Assembly (NCBI GenBank): GCA_018673485.1
Contig: JABHCP010000015.1
Span: forward strand, 25,529 to 89,528
Source of the DNA: Candidatus Uhrbacteria bacterium
GTDB taxonomy: Bacteria > Patescibacteriota > Patescibacteriia > UBA9934
Length of the DNA: 64,000 bases
Direction: 5' to 3'
This document shows, one piece after another, positions 24,545 through 33,960 of the stretch; position 1 is the first letter of the stretch, and every line of letters begins with the position of its first letter. The notes below the pieces were generated by a model. The model was not told where the DNA came from and did not search any database. It saw nothing but the letters and a program-made list of their open reading frames with translations. Position numbers and translations under genes: made by a program.

Positions 24545-24583
24545 CCAAAAGACCGAGCTGTGAGGCTCGGTCATTTTTATTTG
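24545..24583. terminator. bidirectional intrinsic terminator downstream of nusG
   Basis: GACCGAGC-TGTGAG-GCTCGGTC flanked by A-rich and T-rich runs. Confidence 0.6.
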
Positions 24584-24592
24584 TGTTCTGTT

Positions 24593-25138
24593 CTAGGTTT
24601 TCTTCACCTGCAAGAAGTCAAGCTCCACAGGGGTCTCTCGTCCAAACATGGAAACAAGGACTTTAACCTTTCCACGTTGTTCGTCGATTTCTGAGATTTT
24701 ACCTTGCTGACCTTTGAATGGCCCGTCTGTAATAACCACTGGATCATTTTTCTGAATATCAAATGTAAATTCTGGCTCGTCAACTCCCATTCGTTTCATT
24801 AGGGCATCAATCTCTTCTTGAGCAATTGGGGTTGGAGTTGTTCCAGTTCCAATAAATCCTGTTACGTTTGGTGTGTTCCGGACACAGTACCAAGAGTCGT
24901 CTGTTACGATCATTTCTACAAGTACGTAACCGGGGAAGATCTTCTCTTCTACAATTCGTCGTTTTCCGTTTTTGATTTTAATCTTCTTTTCTTTTGGAAC
25001 CAGGATTGCAAAAATCTTCTCGTCCATGTCCATTGTATCTACACGCTGCTCAAGGTTTTCGTATACGTTCTCTTCGTAACCTGAGTATGTATGGATTGCG
25101 TACCAGCGCCTTCCATAGTTCGCGGTTTGTTTAGCCAT
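24593..25138 (-). CDS. nusG: transcription termination/antitermination factor NusG
   Basis: NGN domain WYAIHTYSGYEENV and KOW domain GPFKGQQGKISEID. Confidence 0.93.
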   Translation of the reverse strand: MAKQTANYGRRWYAIHTYSGYEENVYENLEQRVDTMDMDEKIFAILVPKEKKIKIKNGKRRIVEEKIFPGYVLVEMIVTDDSWYCVRNTPNVTGFIGTGTTPTPIAQEEIDALMKRMGVDEPEFTFDIQKNDPVVITDGPFKGQQGKISEIDEQRGKVKVLVSMFGRETPVELDFLQVKKT

Positions 25139-25141
25139 AGA

Positions 25142-25351
25142 TTATGAAGTTAGGTAAATTAGACCTTCAAGACCAAGATTTAGAATGTAATCAAGAACTC
25201 CAAAGTATACAGCCAAAGCCACTACAAAGATCACAACGATGATTGAGTATCGAGTGGTCTGTTGCTGTGTTGGCCAAGCAACCTTCTCAAGCTCTTGTTT
25301 TGACTCGCGCAAATACTTAACGAGTTTGTTGTTTGTTAGAAAGTTTGTCAT
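25142..25351 (-). CDS. secE: preprotein translocase subunit SecE
   Basis: 69 aa, KYLRESKQELEKVAWPT plus a single TM, directly upstream of nusG. Confidence 0.85.
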   Translation of the reverse strand: MTNFLTNNKLVKYLRESKQELEKVAWPTQQQTTRYSIIVVIFVVALAVYFGVLDYILNLGLEGLIYLTS

Positions 25352-25483
25352 ATTATTTAAGTTTTTTAAAAAGCCCTTCCGGGCCGTCTGTGGAAAGAAT
25401 ACTAAGATTCGCGTGGTGTGTCAAGTGCTAAATAGCGAAGACCCGACGCCGATGCGCCGGGAGGAGTAGAGGTTGGCTGATTG

Positions 25484-25933
25484 CTAGCCGTCATTTTGGT
25501 AGACGGTGTACACCAGGTAACAATCGCCGGTCTGATCATGGATCTTTTCTTCAACCGCGACATCGAGCTCAGATCCATAGTAGAGGTCAGTGAACAAAAT
25601 GGTAAGGTTGGCAGACTCACAGATCGAGTGAATTTCGGTATCGGCGGCGGTGGAGCTGTGGAGCCAGCCACTGATTTCGACGTCAGCTTCACGAATTTCG
25701 CATGCGAACTTTAGGTTTGAGACGCCTCCACTCTCGATGTAGGCGTAGTTGGTGTTGCTCAAACCTGTGACATTAAGACGCAGGTAGTAGGAACTCCACT
25801 CTTCGTCTGGAGCAAGCTCGACTGTGAACAGTGTGTGGTCTGGGGGGTCGTTGCATCCCAGGATGATCGACACGAAGAGGATGTATAGTGTGCCGTGATG
25901 ACGCATGGTGCCTCCAGCCATACTTTGCGTCAT
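25484..25933 (-). CDS. hypothetical lipoprotein / small secreted protein (GC-elevated)
   Basis: LYILFVSIILGC lipobox-like signal; start codon uncertain. Confidence 0.4.
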   Translation of the reverse strand: MTQSMAGGTMRHHGTLYILFVSIILGCNDPPDHTLFTVELAPDEEWSSYYLRLNVTGLSNTNYAYIESGGVSNLKFACEIREADVEISGWLHSSTAADTEIHSICESANLTILFTDLYYGSELDVAVEEKIHDQTGDCYLVYTVYQNDG

Positions 25934-26041
25934 TTGATTATGCGCAAGAGTCTAGTTTTGTTTTAGCACATTGTGATTATAAAAGCGAGGACCCCCGTTC
26001 CGGAGAACGGGGGTCGAGGCGTTCGAGCAGAGCGAGGTCTG

Positions 26042-26725
26042 CTAGATGCGCAGGAGTTCCACCTTCACGATGGCCGTGAGGGTGCCCTGGTCGGTGACGT
26101 CGAGGATCGGGCAGTAGCCGCTGCCTTCGAGAGTCGTGAGCTTGTTGGTCACGGCCATGTACGTACCGTTGTCCTGGACTTCGCAGGAGACTCCGATCCA
26201 GTCCGAGCCGTCGTCGAGCTTGGCCTGGTAGGTGCCGTTGACGAAGCTGTGGCCAGACAGCAGTGGCAGGACCGTGAGGCCGTCATGGTCGGGAGAGCTG
26301 TAGATCAGCGTGCTCTCGTAGGCGTACCAGGCGTTGGCACGTTCCCAGCAGGCCATGTCCGAGGCCTCGCGCAGGACGGGGTGCACATAGAGGATGTGCA
26401 CGTTGCCGATGGAATCCTGAGCAGTACAGGTGGCCGTGTCCGGCACCTGGGTCAGCGGGTAGGACTCCTCTGGGATCGTGGTGACGATGGTCAGGCTGCT
26501 GCCCTCGATCTCGCAGGTCAGGTAGTCCCAGTCGCTCTGGACTACGGTGTGCTCGTCGGGCTGTTCCGGGGTCGGGATGATGCCTTTCCAGCCGCGGAAG
26601 GTGATGGTCTGCTCGGTGCCTTCGAAGACGAGGGTCGGGCAGAGGTTGATGTCAATGTGGCGCTTGCGCACCTCAGCCTGGGCGGAGGAGGCGAACACGA
26701 TGGTGAACAGGATGAAGGCCTTCAT
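26042..26725 (-). CDS. hypothetical secreted protein (high-GC)
   Basis: clean signal peptide MKAFILFTIVFASSAQA; 227 aa; the opposite-strand 435 aa ORF looks like a GC-driven artefact. Confidence 0.5.
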   Translation of the reverse strand: MKAFILFTIVFASSAQAEVRKRHIDINLCPTLVFEGTEQTITFRGWKGIIPTPEQPDEHTVVQSDWDYLTCEIEGSSLTIVTTIPEESYPLTQVPDTATCTAQDSIGNVHILYVHPVLREASDMACWERANAWYAYESTLIYSSPDHDGLTVLPLLSGHSFVNGTYQAKLDDGSDWIGVSCEVQDNGTYMAVTNKLTTLEGSGYCPILDVTDQGTLTAIVKVELLRI

Positions 26726-26782
26726 GGTTCCTCTGAGACTTGTGTGTTGGGGTGGTTCGATGTTGATGAAGGAGCAGAAGGG

Positions 26783-27199
26783 CTACTCGTACGAATAGTC
26801 GCTGCCGGTGGGGTCGGTGGTCTGGACGTAGCCGCGACAGTCGCACGTGGAGTAGGCTGCGCAGCCATCCTGCGATTCGCAGAAGAAGACCGCATCGGAG
26901 AAGCCGAGCGCTTCACAGTGTGCGATACACATCTCATGGTGGTCGTCACAGGTCTCGCACTCGCACCCCGCGGCCTTGGCCGAGATGGTCACGGTGAGGA
27001 TCATCGCAGTGGCGAGACGCAGGATCCAGATCTTCTTGTCGAGGATCGTAGCGCCGATGCGACGCAGGATCCAGGTCTGCTTGCTGAGGATTGCAGCAAT
27101 GGTGCATTGCAAGGTCCAGATCTTTTGGTCGAGCATCGCGGAGCCGATGATGCGCAGGGTCCGAAGCCGTTCTCTCCAGGTCATCTTCTCGGGGAGCAT
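26783..27199 (-). CDS. hypothetical Cys-rich protein containing three 15-aa repeats encoded by a 45 bp tandem repeat
   Basis: repeats LDQKIWTLQCTIAAI / LSKQTWILRRIGATI / LDKKIWILRLATAMI; C-terminal CECETCDDHHEMCIAHCE. Confidence 0.3.
   Translation of the reverse strand: MLPEKMTWRERLRTLRIIGSAMLDQKIWTLQCTIAAILSKQTWILRRIGATILDKKIWILRLATAMILTVTISAKAAGCECETCDDHHEMCIAHCEALGFSDAVFFCESQDGCAAYSTCDCRGYVQTTDPTGSDYSYE
27016..27165. repeat. ~45 bp tandem repeat, about 3.3 copies
   Basis: GACGCAGGATCCAG(A/G)TCT(T/G)CTTG... repeated at 27016, 27061, 27106. Confidence 0.6.
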
Positions 27200-27353
27200 A
27201 CGCTCTCCTATACCTGCTCAAAGATTGAGCTAGGCGTTTGGGTTAAGCCGATGTTGGCCCGCGGATTTAACTACATTTAGCGGAATTTGTCAATGGTATA
27301 TACCAAAACAACTGCCTTGCGGCAGTCGTTATTGATCGATTTGTGTATTTTAT

Positions 27354-29420
27354 CTAAACATCCAAATTTGCAACATCCTTTGCATGGGTTTGGATGAACT
27401 TTTTACGTGGGGCGACTTCTGAGCCCATTAGTATTTCGAAAGTTTCATTCGCGATTTCTGCATCCTCGATCGTCACCTGCTTCATTAATCTGGTTTCAGG
27501 ATTCATGGTTGTGTCCCACAATTGGTCTGGGTTCATTTCTCCAAGACCCTTGTAGCGCTGGATATTAACCTTGACTCCGGCAGTTTCTACAACCTCAGCT
27601 TCAATCGCGTCATCGCCTTCGCTTGCTTCTGACTTGGCCGCCTTCGCACCCTTGCCTTTGGTCATCTCGATGATTACTTCTTCCTTTTCTTCGTCAGTGT
27701 AAACGTACCTTGCATCTTTACCAACCTGGATTCGGTACAGTGGAGGCATGGCAATGTAGATGTGACCTTGTCGAATAAGTTCTTGGAAGTGACGGAAGAA
27801 TAGTGTTAGTAACAATGTTCTGATGTGCGCTCCATCAACGTCCGCGTCGGTCATTATCACGATTTTGTCATAACGCAGGCTTTCAATCTCGAACCCCTCA
27901 CCAATATTGGTTCCCAGTGCAATAATGAGATTTTTGATTTCATTGTTTGATAGTAGTTTATCCAGTCGCGCACGTTCAACGTTTAGGATTTTTCCACGCA
28001 AAGGTAAGATAGCCTGATAGTTTCGATCACGCCCTTGCTTTGCTGAACCTCCCGCAGAATCTCCCTCCACAATGTAAAGCTCACCAATTGACGCATCCTT
28101 AGAAGAGCAGTCAGCGAGCTTTCCAGGAAGCATGAGTCCCTCAAACGCACCTTTGCGCAAAACTGTATCACGCGCTGCGCGTGCAGCTGCGCGAGCTCTT
28201 GCAGAGAGCAAACACTTTCCAATAATCTCTTCTGCGTCTTTAGGATGTTCTTCTAAGTAAACTCGTAGCGCTTCACCAAATACAGCCTCGACTGCAGTTC
28301 GAGCTTCTGGGTTTCCTAGTTTTCCTTTGGTCTGTCCTTCAAATTGTGGTTCTGGAACCTTAACACTGATTACGGCAGTCAGTCCTTCACGGGTATCATC
28401 ACCTGACAGGTTTCCGTCTTTTTCCTTTAAATAACCCTTATCACGAGCGTGAGTATTCAAGCTTCTTGTAAGTGCTGATCTGAATCCTGCTAAGTGAGTA
28501 CCACCGTCTGGGTTTGTAATGTTGTTTGTAAAGCAGTGAACGCTGTCGTGGTAGTCGGTTGTGTATTGCACCGCAACTTCTACTTGAACATCCTCATGTT
28601 GCTTGTTTATGTAAAATACATTTTGGTGCTTTACGTCATTGTTCGCATTTAAATGCCGAACATATGAAGAAACTCCACCTTCAAAATAGAAGCCATAAAC
28701 CTTCACATTTTCTGCATCGCGTTCATCTATGATTTCTACCTCAACACCGGCAGTGAGATAAGTTTGTTGTCGAAGGTGGTCGATTACAGTTTTGTAGTCA
28801 AAGTCAATTGTTTCAAAAATATCAGGATCGGGATGGAAGCGAATTATACTTCCAGTTTTTTTACTTTTTCCAACAGCTTTGATTTTTGCCTTTGCAACTC
28901 CGCGCTTGTAAGCCTGAAACCATTCTTTACCATCACGGTGAATTTTTGCTTCAAGTTCTGTTGAAAGCGCATTAACCACAGAGACTCCCACACCGTGCAA
29001 ACCTCCTGAGATTTTGTATCCACTTTCATCTCCTCCAAATTTACCTCCAGCGTGTAGTTTAGTTAGAACTAACTCTAGTGCTGATACTTTTTGCTCAGGG
29101 TGCACGTCGACTGGAATTCCACGTCCATCGTCTTCAACTTGAATCCAGTTGTCAGGTTGCATGCGGATCACAACTTTTGTTGCATGTCCTCCCATAACTT
29201 CGTCAAATGAGTTGTCCACGACTTCCCAAATAAGGTGATGCAGTCCTGTTGGTCCGGTTGAACCAATGTACATTCCTGGGCGCTTTCGAACAGGCTCTAA
29301 ACCTTCCAAAACGCTAATGCTTTTTGCACTATATTCTCCTTTTTTAGTTTTCTTTGCAGCCCCTCCTTCGCTTTTTGAGCTTCGGTGGGCAGGCTTTTTA
29401 GCTGGTATTGTTTTTGCCAT
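27354..29420 (-). CDS. gyrB: DNA gyrase subunit B
   Basis: ATPase N-terminus LEGLEPVRKRPGMYIGS and Toprim/C-terminal domains, 688 aa. Confidence 0.95.
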   Translation of the reverse strand: MAKTIPAKKPAHRSSKSEGGAAKKTKKGEYSAKSISVLEGLEPVRKRPGMYIGSTGPTGLHHLIWEVVDNSFDEVMGGHATKVVIRMQPDNWIQVEDDGRGIPVDVHPEQKVSALELVLTKLHAGGKFGGDESGYKISGGLHGVGVSVVNALSTELEAKIHRDGKEWFQAYKRGVAKAKIKAVGKSKKTGSIIRFHPDPDIFETIDFDYKTVIDHLRQQTYLTAGVEVEIIDERDAENVKVYGFYFEGGVSSYVRHLNANNDVKHQNVFYINKQHEDVQVEVAVQYTTDYHDSVHCFTNNITNPDGGTHLAGFRSALTRSLNTHARDKGYLKEKDGNLSGDDTREGLTAVISVKVPEPQFEGQTKGKLGNPEARTAVEAVFGEALRVYLEEHPKDAEEIIGKCLLSARARAAARAARDTVLRKGAFEGLMLPGKLADCSSKDASIGELYIVEGDSAGGSAKQGRDRNYQAILPLRGKILNVERARLDKLLSNNEIKNLIIALGTNIGEGFEIESLRYDKIVIMTDADVDGAHIRTLLLTLFFRHFQELIRQGHIYIAMPPLYRIQVGKDARYVYTDEEKEEVIIEMTKGKGAKAAKSEASEGDDAIEAEVVETAGVKVNIQRYKGLGEMNPDQLWDTTMNPETRLMKQVTIEDAEIANETFEILMGSEVAPRKKFIQTHAKDVANLDV

Positions 29421-29488
29421 AACGGACTATATTTTACCACAGAGGGTGGGTGTTCACAAGCGGTTTTATGGTATCATATGGTTATATA

Positions 29489-30405
29489 TGGGGGATCAAA
29501 ATACAGGCGGTACATCTGCCGAATTGCAACACATTGAAAAGGAATATAAGCGCGAGGTAGCGATCACTGAAGCTCGTCCGCTTTTGCATAAAATATTTTT
29601 TATTCTGTGGGTAGTATTCGATGTTGCCCTCGTTGGTCTTTTGATTTTAGTAACCGTTGGTTATCTCATTTCAGGGCAATGGAAGGATAGGGCTAGCACT
29701 GCAGGGTTGGTGCAAAATCTATCTTCTATTCATTCCGCGGCCGAAAGTCAGTCCGCATCATCAATTTTTGTTGGCGAAACAGTTGTTATAGGCTCGGGTG
29801 ATGGTTATGATTTTTATGTTGAGCTTGAGAACTCAAACGAAGACTGGTATGCCAGCTTTGATTACGCATTTGAATTTGGGTCAGAGAAAACTAGCCAGCA
29901 TCACGGATTTATTCTTCCAGGCGAGAGTAGGGTATTTGTGGCGCTCAATGAGGAGTTTGAAGGGGGAGCTTCTGGTGCTGAAATGATTGTTAGTGATATA
30001 GAGTGGCAAAGAGTTGACGCGCATAGTGTTGATGATTACAGTCAGTGGTATGCAGATCACATTGATTTTCAAATTGTTGATTCAGAGCACGGTACAGTTA
30101 AGGTCGGTAGTGAAAATATAGTTCGCTCATCATTTACAATAAAAAATAATACACCTTATAGTTATTGGTCTGCACCGTTTGTTTTGATTCTGGAGCGTAA
30201 TGGCACACCGGTTGGTGTAAATCAGATCTCAATTGCTGGATTTGAAACAGGAGAGACTCGTGAAATTGATATTAATTGGTTTGACAACACACCTTCGAGT
30301 GGGGATTTGGTCATTCAACCCGCAATTGATTATTTGGACGACGATGTTTACATGCAAGAGAGCGTAGAGGCGCAAGTCGACGTGCGGGATATTGAGATTG
30401 ATTAG
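29489..30405 (+). CDS. hypothetical membrane-anchored protein
   Basis: start moved to MGDQNTGG because the longer ORF overlaps gyrB; TM IFFILWVVFDVALVGLLILVTVGYLI. Confidence 0.45.
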
Positions 30406-30425
30406 TTAATAGATAAAATTTGAAT

Positions 30426-31535
30426 TCAAAACCCCGTGTATTAGCGAGGGTTCTTGCATTCTAAGTCAAACCGCAATACCTTTAAAAACTTCTAATGGGG
30501 TGAGATAGTTGTGACGTTTTCTTGGCCTGGTATTTATGAGCTTCACATAGCGATCTAATTTTTGTTTAGTTATATTTTGGAATGGACTTCCTTTTGGAAT
30601 AAATTGTCTTAGAAGCCCGTTGGCATTTTCATTAGTTCCTCGTTCCCATGAACGGTATTGGTGTGCGAAATAGACAGCAATTTGTAGGTCTCTTTCAAGA
30701 GTTTCGTGCTCAGCAAACTGTACGCCATTGTCATAGGTGATTGTATGGCATTTTTTCTTTGCAATCTTTTTAAATCGTCTTGTTGTTATCTTTCGTACCT
30801 GTTCTGCTGTTGCCCGTTCAACCTTATCCGCCAATAACAATCCACTCTTTCTATCTACATGAGTAAGGATATGTTTTATCTTTTCTTTTCCAACAATAGT
30901 ATCTCCTTCCCAGTCTCCAATGCGGGAACGATATTCTACAATAGCTGGACGTACATCGATACGTTTCTTTTTAGCCTCTTCTCTGCGTTTTTCACGAATC
31001 TTTGTACCATATCTACGACGATACTTTCCTTTTCGACAACGTAGATACTTTTTTAATTCAGGTTGTTCTTTGTAGATATATTTATAGATGGTTTCATGGC
31101 AGACGCTTGGTTTATTTGGATGGTCTCTTTTCATGCGTCCTGAGACTTGTTCTGGTGACCAATACTTTTTAATCCCCTCCTCAATATATTTTGCAAGGTC
31201 AGATCCAGCTAAAATCTTTCTTCGTGTAGCATTTGAGGCCCTTCTTACTTCAATACGCCTACGTTCTGCAGGTAGGGCTTTATATAGGTTCCCATTTCTT
31301 TTAAGTTCTCGCCCTATAGTTGAACGGCTTCTACCGAGGAATCTAGCAATGTCTCCATTGCTTTCTCCTGCCTGCTTCCAGGCTTCTATTTTTACACGTT
31401 CCTCACGTGTGATATGTTGGTATGGCATCTCTTTGTAGGTTTAGATGAATTGCTTTGACACAACCATCTTACCCACAGGAGATGCTTTTGTTTAAAGGGG
31501 TGTTGCACTTTGAGATAGAATACAGGGTTTTTTGA
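30426..31535 (-). mobile_element. IS30-family insertion sequence (~1.1 kb) with imperfect terminal inverted repeats
   Basis: ends TCAAAACCCCGTGTATT (30426-30442) and AATACAGGGTTTTTTGA (31519-31535, reverse complement TCAAAAAACCCTGTATT); single full-length transposase ORF inside. Confidence 0.85.
30466..31428 (-). CDS. IS30-family transposase
   Basis: N-terminal HTH ITREERVKIEAWKQAGESNGDIARFLGRSRSTIGRELKRN and DDE region DNGVQFAEHE...ERGTNENANGLLRQFIPKG. Confidence 0.9.
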   Translation of the reverse strand: MPYQHITREERVKIEAWKQAGESNGDIARFLGRSRSTIGRELKRNGNLYKALPAERRRIEVRRASNATRRKILAGSDLAKYIEEGIKKYWSPEQVSGRMKRDHPNKPSVCHETIYKYIYKEQPELKKYLRCRKGKYRRRYGTKIREKRREEAKKKRIDVRPAIVEYRSRIGDWEGDTIVGKEKIKHILTHVDRKSGLLLADKVERATAEQVRKITTRRFKKIAKKKCHTITYDNGVQFAEHETLERDLQIAVYFAHQYRSWERGTNENANGLLRQFIPKGSPFQNITKQKLDRYVKLINTRPRKRHNYLTPLEVFKGIAV

Positions 31536-31567
31536 TTGACTAGCAAAAAGGCCTGTGTTAGGTTGAA

Positions 31568-32002
31568 TTGTCAGAAATCAACCCATGTCAGCCGAAGCGT
31601 TATGCGACGGCGGGCCAACCTCTCATGGAGGCTACTGTGAAGCAAGTTCTTTCGATTCTCGCCGTTATGGCTGCTGTTCTGATCGCTGGTAGCTCTACCA
31701 TGATTGGTTTCACTGCGATCATTTCGGGTGCTGCGAGTTCGGTGCAGGCATATCGAATGTTCGACATCTTGTCCGAAGGTCCGATGCGGTACTGTATGAC
31801 CATGGAACCCACCGACGCCTTCATGTGTCAGGTCCGCATGGTTCCTGACGAGCACAACGAGAGTGTCACACTGGTAGTCTTCACAGCTTATGAGCTTGTT
31901 GATGATGGTTCCTATCAGCCTATTCCCAATATGATCGAGGAGTTCGAGTGGAGAAGGATGTGGTCTGGTGGTTGGGTGCGGCGCCTCACGTCTGATCATT
32001 AA
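31568..32002 (+). CDS. hypothetical protein, possibly secreted (GC-elevated)
   Basis: 144 aa; internal signal-like VLSILAVMAAVLIAG. Confidence 0.35.
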   Translation: MSEINPCQPKRYATAGQPLMEATVKQVLSILAVMAAVLIAGSSTMIGFTAIISGAASSVQAYRMFDILSEGPMRYCMTMEPTDAFMCQVRMVPDEHNESVTLVVFTAYELVDDGSYQPIPNMIEEFEWRRMWSGGWVRRLTSDH

Positions 32003-32023
32003 TTGTCCCGTACATCTCGCTTC

Positions 32024-32059
32024 TGCCGCGCCTCGCTAAGGCGTGGCGCTTGTTTTTTT
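32024..32059 (+). terminator. intrinsic terminator
   Basis: GCCGCGCC-TCGCTAAG-GCGTGGCGC TTGTTTTTTT. Confidence 0.6.
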
Positions 32060-32084
32060 ATCCCGTTTTTGAAACAATCAACAC

Positions 32085-33236
32085 ATGCAAATCGGTAAGG
32101 CTTTTAGACATTTACAGCGCTTTGACTGGCTTTTAATCCTGGGAGTATTGGTTTTGTTTGTTTTTGGTGTATCGGCAATTTATTCCGTTGAGTTGTCACG
32201 TGAAGGGTCTGAGTTTATTTTAGTTAAAAAACAGACGATCGCTTTTGTGCTGGGGTGCATTGCAATGATTGCGCTTGCTAGGTTTAATTATTTAATGTTG
32301 CGCAACTGGGGTAGGGCATTGTATTTATTTGGCGCGATTCTTTTGGTGCTTGTATTAATTTTTGGAACTACGATTAACGGAACGACTGGTTGGTTTGTTA
32401 TTTTTGGAATCTCATTTCAGCCAGTGGAGTTTATGAAGATCGCGCTGGTCATTCAGTTGGCGCGATATTTTGGCGAGCATGCCAGTCGAAAGTTTGGTTG
32501 GAAAGAAGTTTTTGGTAGTGGGTTTTTAGTAATGGTGCCTGTCGTTCTTACCATGTTACAACCAGACCTTGGTAGCGCCGCGATACTTTTGGGTCTGTGG
32601 GGTGTCATGTTGTTTTTTGCTGGATTAAGGTGGTTGCACGCAGGAGCCTTATTTGGAGGTGTGACATTGATGGGTATTTTAGGTTGGATATTTGTGATGG
32701 CTGATTACCAAAAACAAAGATTGGAAGTTTTCTTAAATCCAGACCTTGATCCTTTAGAGACTGGGTATAATATAACGCAGGCGAAAATTGCGATTGGATC
32801 AGGCGGATTCTTTGGAAGAGGATTAGGATTTGGGTCACAAAGCCAGCTTCAGTTTTTACCAGAGAGTCAAACAGATTTTATTTTTTCAGTAATTGCCGAG
32901 GAGCTTGGATTTTTTGGAGTGTGTATTTTGTTCTTAGCTATACTTTTGGTGCTTTGGCGCATTTTGCGTTCCGCAAAGCTTGCGAAAGATCACTTTTCAA
33001 AGTTTGCAATTCTAGGCATATTTGGCCTTCTAACAGTTCAGTACGTTGTTAATATTGGTGTGAATCTTTCTTTACTTCCGGCAACGGGTATTGCACTTCC
33101 ATTTGTGAGCGCTGGGGGTACATCTTTGCTTATTTCCCTTGCAATGATAGGTATTTTGCAAAGTATTGCAGTTCGGCGTCGGCCTGGAGATGAAAAGATT
33201 GGCCAAATGTTGTATAATCGCCAGGCTAATTCTTGA
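32085..33236 (+). CDS. SEDS-family peptidoglycan glycosyltransferase (RodA/FtsW)
   Basis: PVEFMKIALVIQLARYF, GSAAILLGLWGVMLFFAG, DFIFSVIAEELGFFG. Confidence 0.85.
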   Translation: MQIGKAFRHLQRFDWLLILGVLVLFVFGVSAIYSVELSREGSEFILVKKQTIAFVLGCIAMIALARFNYLMLRNWGRALYLFGAILLVLVLIFGTTINGTTGWFVIFGISFQPVEFMKIALVIQLARYFGEHASRKFGWKEVFGSGFLVMVPVVLTMLQPDLGSAAILLGLWGVMLFFAGLRWLHAGALFGGVTLMGILGWIFVMADYQKQRLEVFLNPDLDPLETGYNITQAKIAIGSGGFFGRGLGFGSQSQLQFLPESQTDFIFSVIAEELGFFGVCILFLAILLVLWRILRSAKLAKDHFSKFAILGIFGLLTVQYVVNIGVNLSLLPATGIALPFVSAGGTSLLISLAMIGILQSIAVRRRPGDEKIGQMLYNRQANS

Positions 33237-33286
33237 CATTTTTCCTGAAATAAGGTGAAATACTGCCGAATTTCAATAACACTTTT

Positions 33287-33958
33287 ATGGTAGACATTAT
33301 TACACTAGTAGCGAACGCTCGAGATTTGATGGGTCGAAAGACAGACGGGCTTCGCGCAGAAAACTTTGTACCGGCTGTGATGTATGGATTTGAAACAGAT
33401 CCAGTTAATATCAAGCTTAGCCGCGGTGATTTTGGCCGTGCGTATGAGAAGGCTGGTTCAAGTTCAGTTATTCAATTAGACATTGAAGGAACTGCTCATC
33501 CTGTTTTGATTCAGGCTATTCAGTACGACCCACTAACAGACTATGTTACGCACGTTGACTTTAGACGCATTAACATGGCAGAGAAGGTTGAGACTTCTAT
33601 CACAATTGTGCTTGAAGGAATCGCGCCTGCTGTTAAGGATCTAAACGGAGTCCTTGTTCAAAATATCGAGGAAGTGGAAGTGGTAGCATTGCCAACAGCA
33701 CTTGTTCGTGAATTCACACTTGACCTTATTGCACTAGCAACATTCGATGACGTGTTGCGTGTTTCAGACATCAAGGTTCCAGAAGGAATCGAGATTCTTA
33801 CAGACCCTACGCGAACTATTGCTATTGTGCAGGAGCCACGAGTTGAAGAAGAGCCTATCTCGGTTGAGGGAGAAGAGGTCGATGATGGCAGTGAGCTAGC
33901 AGAAGGCGAAGAAGGTGCAGCAGCACCTGACGATGCAGAAAATAAGAAGGAGGAATAA
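33287..33958 (+). CDS. rplY: 50S ribosomal protein L25 / general stress protein Ctc
   Basis: L25 N-terminal beta-barrel domain plus acidic C-terminal tail. Confidence 0.85.
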   Translation: MVDIITLVANARDLMGRKTDGLRAENFVPAVMYGFETDPVNIKLSRGDFGRAYEKAGSSSVIQLDIEGTAHPVLIQAIQYDPLTDYVTHVDFRRINMAEKVETSITIVLEGIAPAVKDLNGVLVQNIEEVEVVALPTALVREFTLDLIALATFDDVLRVSDIKVPEGIEILTDPTRTIAIVQEPRVEEEPISVEGEEVDDGSELAEGEEGAAAPDDAENKKEE

Positions 33959-33960
33959 AT

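Noticed and set aside
25973-27280. 435-aa plus-strand ORF spanning the GC-rich islet
   Set aside because: Composition (G/A/R/D/V-rich, no motifs) and full overlap with two minus-strand genes that carry a signal peptide and peptide repeats. Judged a GC artefact.
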